DNA from: a bacterium
GTDB taxonomy: Bacteria; Patescibacteriota; Minisyncoccia; Minisyncoccales; PWPS01
DNA length: 36,150 bases
NCBI GenBank assembly: GCA_018400405.1
Contig: JAGYMX010000002.1
Span: 1 to 36,150 of the forward strand
Reading direction: 5' to 3'
Within the stretch, counting starts at the first letter, position 1. Every line of letters begins with the position of its first letter. Below are positions 16,504-24,428 of the stretch, in pieces. The translations under genes were made by a program, and so were the position numbers. The notes under the pieces are model-generated. The model did not search any database, was not told the DNA's origin, and saw only the letters and a program-made list of their open reading frames with translations.

Positions 16504-18264
16504 ATGACAGAAGAAGAAACAAAAGAAGAGTTTTTAGAGGAAGACGGAGGAGAGCTTGAAGATCTTCGCCGATATATAGAAGATTTTACCTCTTTTCTTC
16601 CTTTGGCTTTTTGTATGGTCAATCCCCTTGATTATATACTTGACAGCAACAAGGCGTTTCAAGATATTACGGGATATGAAAAGATGGAGGTTATCGGGAG
16701 CAATATAGGAATTCTTTTCAAAAACAAGGGAAAGCTGGAAAGTTTTATTGCTCGAGTGGCAAGTAAAAGCACGGCAGTAGAAGAAGAAGTGACTCTTATT
16801 ACGAAAGAAAAAAAAGAAATCCCGGTAAAAATTTCTGCTCTTTCAAGAAAAGATGAAGAAGGAAGCTTTTCTGGATATTTTCTTACAATTAGTGACATCA
16901 CAGAGACAAAAAGATTTGAAGAGGAACTGGAAAGAAAAATAAAAGAGAGGACAGAAGAGTTGGAAAGAGCAAAAGAAAGACTGGAAGAATCGGAAGCAGT
17001 TTTAGAGGTAAAAATTAAAGCACGCACGAAAGAACTTGCAGAGTTAAATGAAAATCTTGAAGAGAAGGTAAAAGAAAGAACAAGTGAACTTGAAGAAAGA
17101 ACGGAAGATCTGGAAAGAAAAACAAAAGAAATGGAACAGACACAAACAGCACTTCTCAATTTAGCGGAAGATGCCGATGAGTCCTTACATGAGGCAGAGA
17201 AAGAAAAAGAAAAAACAGAAGCAATTATTAAAAGTTTTGTTGATGGTCTTTTCTTTTTTGATCCGGAGAAAAACTTATCGTTAGCAAATCCGAAAGCGGA
17301 AGATATGTTTGATGTGAAATCAAGAGATATTGTTGGGCGATCAACAAAAGAACTGAGAACATTTCCAACTCTTAAACCACTTATTAATTTAGTGGGAAGG
17401 GATATTAAAAATATTTTCCGAGAAGAAATTTCTGTTGGAGAAAATATTTATTTTGAGGTTACAACAATTCCTATTAAACACGAGAAAAGAGATATTGGTA
17501 CCTTGATCAATGTACATGATATTACAAGAGAGAAAAGCATTGAGAAAATTAAAAGTGAGTTTGTTTCTGTTGCTGCCCATCAACTGCGTACACCTCTTGC
17601 TGGAATAAAGTGGACACTTCAAACAATATTAGAAGAAGGAGAGACAGAAAATGTTCCAGAAGAAATTATTGAGTTTATCAAGAGAGCATATGAAGCTAAT
17701 GACCGAATGGTAAACTTGGTAAACGATCTTTTAAATGTAACGCGTATTGAAGAAGGAAGATATGTTTATGAACCAGAAGTAACGGATCTTATGGAAGTTA
17801 TAAACCCTATTGTTGAGGACTATAAAAATCACATTGAAAAAAAGGGGCTTCGCTTTGAGTTTAAAAAACCAGAAAAAGAGCTTCCGAAAGTAAAGATAGA
17901 CAAGGAAAAGATAGGGATCGTTGTACAAAACTTTTTAGATAATGCGATGAAATATACGAAAGAAGGAAAAGTAACTCTTGAAATAAGGTATAGTGAAGGA
18001 AAAATAAAAATCTCTGTTACCGATACGGGGGTGGGAATACCGGAAGATCAACAAAAACGCCTTTTTAACAAGTTCTTTCGTGCGGCAAATGTTCAGCGAA
18101 TGGATACAGAAGGATCAGGGCTGGGACTTTTTATTGCAAAAAACATTGTTGATGCTCATAAAGGAAAGATAGGGTTTGTTTCTAAACCTGGAAAAGGAAC
18201 CTCTTTCTACTTTACTCTTCCTGAGAGCAAAGGTGAGGTGGATGAGTTCTTTAAATCTTTTTAA
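16504..18264 (+). CDS. Cytoplasmic PAS-PAS sensor histidine kinase
   Basis: Two PAS domains (each ending DIT), H-box FVSVAAHQLRTPL, N-box NFLDNAMKYT, G1 DTGVGIP, F-box LFNKFFR, G2 GSGLGL; no TM segment. Confidence 0.95.
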   Translation: MTEEETKEEFLEEDGGELEDLRRYIEDFTSFLPLAFCMVNPLDYILDSNKAFQDITGYEKMEVIGSNIGILFKNKGKLESFIARVASKSTAVEEEVTLITKEKKEIPVKISALSRKDEEGSFSGYFLTISDITETKRFEEELERKIKERTEELERAKERLEESEAVLEVKIKARTKELAELNENLEEKVKERTSELEERTEDLERKTKEMEQTQTALLNLAEDADESLHEAEKEKEKTEAIIKSFVDGLFFFDPEKNLSLANPKAEDMFDVKSRDIVGRSTKELRTFPTLKPLINLVGRDIKNIFREEISVGENIYFEVTTIPIKHEKRDIGTLINVHDITREKSIEKIKSEFVSVAAHQLRTPLAGIKWTLQTILEEGETENVPEEIIEFIKRAYEANDRMVNLVNDLLNVTRIEEGRYVYEPEVTDLMEVINPIVEDYKNHIEKKGLRFEFKKPEKELPKVKIDKEKIGIVVQNFLDNAMKYTKEGKVTLEIRYSEGKIKISVTDTGVGIPEDQQKRLFNKFFRAANVQRMDTEGSGLGLFIAKNIVDAHKGKIGFVSKPGKGTSFYFTLPESKGEVDEFFKSF

Positions 18265-18271
18265 AATTTAT

Positions 18272-18300
18272 TTGACAATATTTTTTAATACAGATACAAT
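18272..18300 (+). promoter_or_regulatory. sigma70 promoter upstream of the response regulators
   Basis: TTGACA-N17-TACAAT. Confidence 0.75.
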
Positions 18301-18340
18301 GCAGTAAAGGTTTAATCTAAATTATACTTTTTATATAAAT

Positions 18341-18808
18341 ATGAAGAAGATTATTATTGTTGAAGATGAAGAAATTCTTCGCAATCTCTTGCACAAGAAA
18401 CTTGGAAATGAAGGGTATGATGTTGATGTTGCTGAAAACGGAGAAGAAGGTCTTTCTAAAATAAAAGAAAACAAGCCAGACCTTATCCTTTTAGATATTA
18501 TTATGCCTAAGATGGGAGGATTTGAGATGCTTGAAGAGATGCAAAAAGAAGAAGAGCTCTCTAAAATACCAGTAATTGTTGTTTCTAACTCTGGACAACC
18601 TGTAGAAATTGATCGTGCACAAAAACTTGGAGCAAAAGATTGGTTGGTAAAAACAGAGTTTGACCCACAAGAAGTAATTGATAAAGTTGTCACGCAGATT
18701 GGGAAAGGAGAAAAAGAAGATTTTATAGAGGAAAAAAAAGAAGAAATAGAAGAGGAAAGAGAAGAAAATTTAAAAGATAATCCTGAAGAAGAAAACAAGG
18801 AATTTTAA
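18341..18808 (+). CDS. Single-domain response regulator with acidic tail
   Basis: VEDE, PDLILLDIIMP (phospho-Asp), VSN, conserved Lys (WLVK); about 35-aa E/K-rich tail. Confidence 0.93.
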   Translation: MKKIIIVEDEEILRNLLHKKLGNEGYDVDVAENGEEGLSKIKENKPDLILLDIIMPKMGGFEMLEEMQKEEELSKIPVIVVSNSGQPVEIDRAQKLGAKDWLVKTEFDPQEVIDKVVTQIGKGEKEDFIEEKKEEIEEEREENLKDNPEEENKEF

Positions 18809-18853
18809 AATTAATTATTAAAATTAGTAAATTTATAAATCAAAAGGTTAAGT

Positions 18854-19216
18854 ATGGCTAAAATATTAGTCGTTGAAGACGACAAATTTCTTCGGGAAAT
18901 GATTTCCCGAAAATTGGATAAAGAGGGTTATGAAGTAGTACAAGCAGTTGATGGAGAAAAGGGAGAAGAGATGATAAAGAGTGAAAAACCAGACCTTGTA
19001 CTTCTTGACCTTATACTGCCAGGAATTGACGGATTTGATGTTTTAGAAAGAACAAAAAAAGATCCGGAAGTTGCTGGGATACCAGTAATTATTCTTTCCA
19101 ATTTAGGGCAAAAGAGTGAAGTAGAGAGAGGGCTCAACCTTGGTGCAGTAGATTTTCTCATTAAAGCTCACTTTACTCCCGCAGAAATAGTAAAAAAAAT
19201 CAGAGAAACGATTTAA
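18854..19216 (+). CDS. Single-domain (CheY-like) response regulator
   Basis: VEDD, PDLVLLDLILPGIDG, LSN, GAVDFLIK. Confidence 0.94.
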   Translation: MAKILVVEDDKFLREMISRKLDKEGYEVVQAVDGEKGEEMIKSEKPDLVLLDLILPGIDGFDVLERTKKDPEVAGIPVIILSNLGQKSEVERGLNLGAVDFLIKAHFTPAEIVKKIRETI

Positions 19217-19250
19217 TTTTTACTTACCAAGTGTAAGTAAAAGAAACTGT

Positions 19251-20096
19251 ATGCCGGAGTTACCCGAAGTAGAAACTACTGTTTCCATGTTAAAATCAAA
19301 GACCTTAGGAAAGGTCTTTTTTTCCATATGGGCAGAAGACGGAAATGAAAAAAGATTAAAAGAAGCAAAAAATAAAAAAATAAAAGAGATAAAAAGGTTC
19401 GGGAAAAGTATAATTTTTTTCTTAGAGGGAAATGTTTTTCTTTTTGTTCATCTTCGGATGACGGGGCACTTTCTTTTTGGAAAATGGGAAAAAAAATTTT
19501 TCTCAGGAGGAGTTACTTGGGTAAGTAGAGAGAAGGTGATGAAAGAAAGAAAGAACGGGTTTTTAAGATATATATTTTTTTTAGATGATGGGAATCAAAT
19601 CGCTCTTTCTGATCAAAGAAAATTTGCAAAAGTAAAGGTTATCTCCAAAGAAGAAATGGAAAAACACATTGCACGGCTTGGTCCTGATCCACTTTTAATT
19701 ACAAAGGAAGAATTTTTTAAGCTTTTTAAGAACAAAAAAAAAGCAATAAAACCTCTTCTTATGGATCAAAGCTTTCTTTCTGGGATAGGTAACATATATG
19801 CAGCAGAGGTTCTTTTTAAAGCGAAAGTAGATCCAAAGAAAAAAGCAAATTATTTAACAGAAAAGGAAAAAGAAGATATTTACTTTTTTATAAAAAATAT
19901 ATTAAAAAAAGCATTAAAACTTAAAGGAGATAGTACAAGTGATTACCGTCTTTTGACGGGCGAGAAAGGAGGATATCAAGATCACCATCTTGTTTATAAC
20001 AGAGCGGGATTACATTGCTTTGTTTGCAAAGAAAAAATAAAAAGAGTTAATATCGGTGGAAGAGGAAGCTACTTCTGTCCGAAATGTCAAAAATAA
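19251..20096 (+). CDS. mutM: Formamidopyrimidine-DNA glycosylase (Fpg/MutM)
   Basis: MPELPEVET, HLRMTG, LGPDPL, GIGNIYA.E.LF (H2TH), zinc finger CFVC...CPKCQ. Confidence 0.95.
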   Translation: MPELPEVETTVSMLKSKTLGKVFFSIWAEDGNEKRLKEAKNKKIKEIKRFGKSIIFFLEGNVFLFVHLRMTGHFLFGKWEKKFFSGGVTWVSREKVMKERKNGFLRYIFFLDDGNQIALSDQRKFAKVKVISKEEMEKHIARLGPDPLLITKEEFFKLFKNKKKAIKPLLMDQSFLSGIGNIYAAEVLFKAKVDPKKKANYLTEKEKEDIYFFIKNILKKALKLKGDSTSDYRLLTGEKGGYQDHHLVYNRAGLHCFVCKEKIKRVNIGGRGSYFCPKCQK

Positions 20097-21049
20097 AACA
20101 AATGATAATTTTACTTTACGGAAAAGATACTTACCGCTTACAAGAGAAGATGAAAGAAATTATTGCTGAATACAAAAAAAAGCACTCTAGTGGTCTTAAT
20201 CTTAAATTTTTGGGAGAAAAAGAATCTCTCCAAAATGCATGTGATTACGATAAACAGTTTTCTATGTTTGGAGAAAAACGTCTTCTTGTTGCTTGGAACA
20301 TTTTTTTTACAGAGAAAAATCGCGACGATTTTTTAAAAGAGAAGAAAAGATTTATTTCTTCGGAAAATATTTTTCTTTTTTATGAAGAAAAAGATTTCAA
20401 AAAAAGTGATCAGTTTTTAAAAACTATTGAAAAAGAGAAAGAGAAAGAACCAAAAAATGTAATAATCCAAAAATTTTCTCCTCTTTCTGGAAAAAGTCTT
20501 TTTTTATGGATTAAAAAAGAATTTGAAAAAGAAGGTGTAAATATAGAAGAAAAGGCAGTGAACCTTCTTCAAAAAATAGGCGGAGAAGATCTTTGGAAAA
20601 TAAAAAACGAGATAGAGAAAATTTCTCTTTATAAAAAAGATATAAGCATAGAAGATGTTACTTTTATGTCAAAAATAGGAGTAGAAACAAATATCTTTAA
20701 GACGGTGGACGCGATAGGAGAGAAAGAAAGAGAAAAAGCACTTTTTCTTTTTTATGATCACTTGCAAAAAGGAGATAATCCTCTCTATCTTTTTTCTATG
20801 ATTGTTTATCAGTTCCGAAATCTTATAGTCGTTAGTGATCTTATGAGAAGAAATGTTTCTTATGAAGAGATGAAGCAAAGAAGTGGGCTTCATCCTTTTG
20901 TTTTTAAAAAAACATATCATCAAGTAAAAAAGTTTTCTTTTTCTGAACTTCAAGATATTTATAGCAAGCTTTCCCTTACGGACAGAAAAATAAAAACAGG
21001 GCAGATAGACCCTGTTTTAGGAATTCAGTTGCTTCTTTTTTCTCAGTAG
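20084..21049 (+). CDS. holA: DNA polymerase III subunit delta
   Basis: LLYGKD.Y, NEIEKI, IFK.VDAI, D.KIKTG; convergent with rpsT as is typical. Start may be ATG 20102. Confidence 0.88.
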   Translation: MSKIKQMIILLYGKDTYRLQEKMKEIIAEYKKKHSSGLNLKFLGEKESLQNACDYDKQFSMFGEKRLLVAWNIFFTEKNRDDFLKEKKRFISSENIFLFYEEKDFKKSDQFLKTIEKEKEKEPKNVIIQKFSPLSGKSLFLWIKKEFEKEGVNIEEKAVNLLQKIGGEDLWKIKNEIEKISLYKKDISIEDVTFMSKIGVETNIFKTVDAIGEKEREKALFLFYDHLQKGDNPLYLFSMIVYQFRNLIVVSDLMRRNVSYEEMKQRSGLHPFVFKKTYHQVKKFSFSELQDIYSKLSLTDRKIKTGQIDPVLGIQLLLFSQ

Positions 21050-21052
21050 TTG

Positions 21053-21316
21053 CTACCTTTCTCCATTTACTGCCTTTGTGAGACGTGATTTTTTCCGGGA
21101 AGCAGTATTTTTCTTTATTACACCTATTTTCGCTGCTTTATCAATGATTTTATAACTTTCGGGAAGAAGTTTTTTTGCTGCACTTCTCTTTTTTTCCGCA
21201 ATAAGTTCTCTAATCTCTTTAACAAGTTTTTTCATTTTTCTTTTGTAACTCAAATTGAGTGCGTGTCTTTTTTCACTTTGTCGCAATCTTTTTTTCGCTG
21301 ATTTTGTTATGGGCAT
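21053..21316 (-). CDS. rpsT: 30S ribosomal protein S20
   Basis: MPITKSAKKRLRQS..., IDKAAK.GVIKKNTASRKKSRL. Confidence 0.97.
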   Translation of the reverse strand: MPITKSAKKRLRQSEKRHALNLSYKRKMKKLVKEIRELIAEKKRSAAKKLLPESYKIIDKAAKIGVIKKNTASRKKSRLTKAVNGER

Positions 21317-21376
21317 TTTTTTAAATAAATTCTCTAAAGAGTAAAAAATAGAAAGCAGTTGTGCGCTTTCTCTAAA

Positions 21377-21418
21377 TTTATATCATCTTTTCACTTTTTA
21401 GTCAAACTTTGATATAAT
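21377..21418. promoter_or_regulatory. Back-to-back divergent promoters for rpsT and ruvA
   Basis: Minus strand TTGACT-N17-TATAAA with TG (21405-21377); plus strand TGaTATAAT extended -10 (21410-21418). Confidence 0.6.
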
Positions 21419-21436
21419 AAAAAAATTCTATATACT

Positions 21437-21985
21437 TTGTCCATGATATACTATTTAAAAGGAAAAATTGTTATTCTAAAAGACGACTTTATTGTTCTTG
21501 ATGTTGGTGGAAAAGGGTATAAAATATTTTTTTTATCTTCAAAAAAGAGAAAAAAAGAAAAGGTAGTAACTATTTTTTGTTATTTGCAAAAAACAGAAAA
21601 AGAAGATCGCCTTTACGGATTTGAGAAAGAAGAGAACTTAGAACTTTTCGAGAAATTAGTGAAAATTTCTGGAATAGGACCAAAAACTGCTTTTCGTATC
21701 GCTTCCTCTTTTTCAATGGAAGAGTTAAAAAAAGGAATAGAAAAAGAAGAAAAAAGAGTGATGGAAAAAATTTTTAGCATTGGAAATAAAAAAGGTCAAC
21801 AAGTTATTTTTGAGCTTTCACGAAGATTTGTTAAAGAAGCAAAAAAAGATGATACTTTTACCGCTTTACAAAATTTAGGATTTTCTGAAAAGGAGATTAG
21901 GGGCGCATTAGAAGACATACCAGCGGAAATCTCAAAAGAGGAAAGAGTTGCACAGGCACTAAAAATTTTAGGAAGAAATGATTAA
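21437..21985 (+). CDS. ruvA: Holliday junction branch migration protein RuvA
   Basis: MI.YLKG, LDVGGKGY, LYGF, ISGIGPKTA (HhH), AL..LGFS..E. Start probably ATG 21443. Confidence 0.92.
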   Translation: MSMIYYLKGKIVILKDDFIVLDVGGKGYKIFFLSSKKRKKEKVVTIFCYLQKTEKEDRLYGFEKEENLELFEKLVKISGIGPKTAFRIASSFSMEELKKGIEKEEKRVMEKIFSIGNKKGQQVIFELSRRFVKEAKKDDTFTALQNLGFSEKEIRGALEDIPAEISKEERVAQALKILGRND

Positions 21986-23300
21986 AAAAATAATTCGTAA
22001 AATGAAACTCTTTCTTATAGCGTATCACTTTCTTTATGCATTCTTTGGAGCGTTGTTTTATTTTTTCCCTTCACGAAAAATGAAAGTAATTGCTGTTACG
22101 GGGACCAATGGAAAAACAACAACCGTTGAGCTTATTACACAAACACTTAAAGAAGCAGGCTTTACTGTTGCTGCATTTTCTTCTATAAAATTTGAAATAG
22201 CCGGAAGAGAGGAGCCAAATCTTTTCAAAATGACGATGCCTGGGAGAGCAACACTACAAAAACTTTTAAGAAGAGCGGTAAATAACGGATGTGAAATTGC
22301 TGTAATAGAAGTAACATCTGAAGGAATAAGACAGCACAGGCACAGATTTATAAATATTGATACAGCGATCTTTACAAATCTTTCTCCGGAACACATCGAG
22401 TCCCACGGGGGATTTAAAAACTACAGAAAAGAAAAAAGAAAACTTTTTTTTGCAGCAAAAGACACTCATATTATTAATATTGATGACGAAAATGCGGATT
22501 ATTTTTTAGATGTTCCAAGTAAAAGAAAAATATGTTACGGAATAAATTTTTCCTCAAAAATACTTAAAAAAAAGAAAGAAAACTCTGAAATTATTCGTGC
22601 AAAAGATATTAAAATTTTAGGAAAAGGTGTTTCTTTTAAGGTAAAAGAAGAAAGTTTTTATCTTAATCTTTCGGGAAAGTTTAACGTTTATAACGCTCTT
22701 GCTGCTCTTGCCGTGTGTAAAAAAGAGGGAGTTAAATTTGAAAAAGCAAGGGAAGCATTCAGAAAAGTACAAACGGTTCCAGGAAGAATGGAAGAAGTTA
22801 TTTCTTCTCCTTTTTGCGTGATAGTAGATTATGCAGTTACCCCCGTAACATTAGAAAGCGTATATAAAGAGATTAGAGAAAATATTTCTTCAAAAAGAGT
22901 AATTTCTGTTTTTGGTTCCTGTGGAGGAGGAAGAGATAAGTGGAAACGACCGGTTTTAGGAGAGATTGCTAAAAAGTACTGTGATAAAATAATTCTTACC
23001 AATGAAGATCCGTATGATGAGGATCCGCAAGAAATAATTGATGACATTGAAAAAGGCTTTTTTAAAAATAAAAACGGAAGCTCGCAAATTCCACAATATG
23101 AAAAAATTTTGGATAGAAGAAAAGCAATAAAAAAAGCATTAGAAGTAGCAGAAGAAAATGACGTAATAATTATTACCGGGAAGGGAAGTGAACCGTGGAT
23201 GTGTGTTGCTGGAGATAAAAAAATTTCGTGGGATGATCGGAAAATAATAAAAGAAGAAGCAAAAAAATTAGGAATATTAATCAATGAAGAAAAAACATAA
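21978..23300 (+). CDS. murE: Mur ligase, MurE-like (UDP-MurNAc-tripeptide synthetase)
   Basis: VTGTNGKTTT, IEVTSEG, FTNLSPEHIE.HG, PGRME, GGGRD..KRP, GKGSE. Confidence 0.85.
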   Translation: MIKKIIRKMKLFLIAYHFLYAFFGALFYFFPSRKMKVIAVTGTNGKTTTVELITQTLKEAGFTVAAFSSIKFEIAGREEPNLFKMTMPGRATLQKLLRRAVNNGCEIAVIEVTSEGIRQHRHRFINIDTAIFTNLSPEHIESHGGFKNYRKEKRKLFFAAKDTHIINIDDENADYFLDVPSKRKICYGINFSSKILKKKKENSEIIRAKDIKILGKGVSFKVKEESFYLNLSGKFNVYNALAALAVCKKEGVKFEKAREAFRKVQTVPGRMEEVISSPFCVIVDYAVTPVTLESVYKEIRENISSKRVISVFGSCGGGRDKWKRPVLGEIAKKYCDKIILTNEDPYDEDPQEIIDDIEKGFFKNKNGSSQIPQYEKILDRRKAIKKALEVAEENDVIIITGKGSEPWMCVAGDKKISWDDRKIIKEEAKKLGILINEEKT

Positions 23301-23433
23301 CAAAAAAATGTCAAAAGGGTTAAGAAGGCATATAAGGAAAGAAAAAGCACGTATTAGACGTGAGGTATTAGAGAAAGAAAAACAAGACAAAGAGATAAAA
23401 AAAATTTTAGAAAAGTATAAAAAGCGTTTTTAA
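23284..23433 (+). CDS. Small basic hypothetical protein (49 aa)
   Basis: Below ORF-track cutoff: MKKKHNKKMSKGLRRHIRKEKARIRREVLEKEKQDKEIKKILEKYKKRF*; fills the murE-NIF3 gap and overlaps the murE end. Confidence 0.65.
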   Translation: MKKKHNKKMSKGLRRHIRKEKARIRREVLEKEKQDKEIKKILEKYKKRF

Positions 23434-23460
23434 ATTAACCGCCTGAGATTTCTTTTTTGA

Positions 23461-24426
23461 ATGATTTTGATGGCCAAAAATATGACTATTGAAGAGATAT
23501 ATAATCTTGTAATAATGACAGGTATTGATGCTGATTTTCGGGAAGAAAAGAGTATTAAAGATAATCTTTCGCGATTAAAAGAAAAATATGAAAAGATGTC
23601 TGATGAAGAAAAAGAAGAGTATGATAAAGAAAGATTAGAGAATCCTTTCTCAGATACGCGGATTCTTTTTGGAGATCGGAAAAAAGAAGTAAAAAAAATA
23701 CTTGTCGGAATTGATATTGATGGAGAAGAGATGCTCCTTGCAAAAACAATGGGAGATGTTGATCTTGTTCTTTCACATCATCCTCGGGGGATAGCTCTTG
23801 CCGGACTTGACGATGTAATGCAACTTCAAATAGATGTAATGCATCTTTATGGAGTTCCAGTAAATGTTGCTGAAAAAATGATTAAAAAAAGAATAGAAGA
23901 AGTTTCTCGAGGCCTCTCTCCGGCAAACCATAATCGAGTTGTAGATATGGCACGACACTTAGGAGTTCCCCTTATGTGTGCACATACGCCTTGTGATAAT
24001 CTTGCGGCAAAATATGTGAAAGAAAAAATTGAAAAAGAAAACCCTGTTTTTTTAGAAGATGTTATGAACGTTTTAAAAAAGATTCCTGAATACAAAGAAG
24101 CGATAAAGATGGGTGCTGGTCCACAGATTTTTGTAGGAAACAAAAGCAATAGAGCAGGAAAGATTGTTATTACAGAGATGACGGGAGGAACAGAAGGAGC
24201 TCCAGAGATATATGAAAAATTGTCACAAGCAGGGGCGGGGACAGTAGTTGGTATGCATATTTCGGAAAAGCATCGCGAAGCAGCGGAAAAAGCACATATA
24301 AATGTAATTGTTGCTGGACATATGTCTTCTGACTCCATAGGAGTAAACTTTTTTCTTGATAAGTTAGAAAAAAAAGGTATAGAGATTGTCTCTTGTTCTG
24401 GTTTAATAAGATATTCGAGAAATTAG
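23461..24426 (+). CDS. NIF3/DUF34-like dinuclear metal-centre protein
   Basis: ILVGIDID, LSHHP, AHTPCDN, VAGHMSSDS.G metal-ligand motifs. Confidence 0.8.
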   Translation: MILMAKNMTIEEIYNLVIMTGIDADFREEKSIKDNLSRLKEKYEKMSDEEKEEYDKERLENPFSDTRILFGDRKKEVKKILVGIDIDGEEMLLAKTMGDVDLVLSHHPRGIALAGLDDVMQLQIDVMHLYGVPVNVAEKMIKKRIEEVSRGLSPANHNRVVDMARHLGVPLMCAHTPCDNLAAKYVKEKIEKENPVFLEDVMNVLKKIPEYKEAIKMGAGPQIFVGNKSNRAGKIVITEMTGGTEGAPEIYEKLSQAGAGTVVGMHISEKHREAAEKAHINVIVAGHMSSDSIGVNFFLDKLEKKGIEIVSCSGLIRYSRN

Positions 24427-24428
24427 AA

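Noticed and set aside
21437..21985. ruvA without adjacent ruvB
   Set aside because: Separation of ruv genes is common, and absence cannot be judged from one window.
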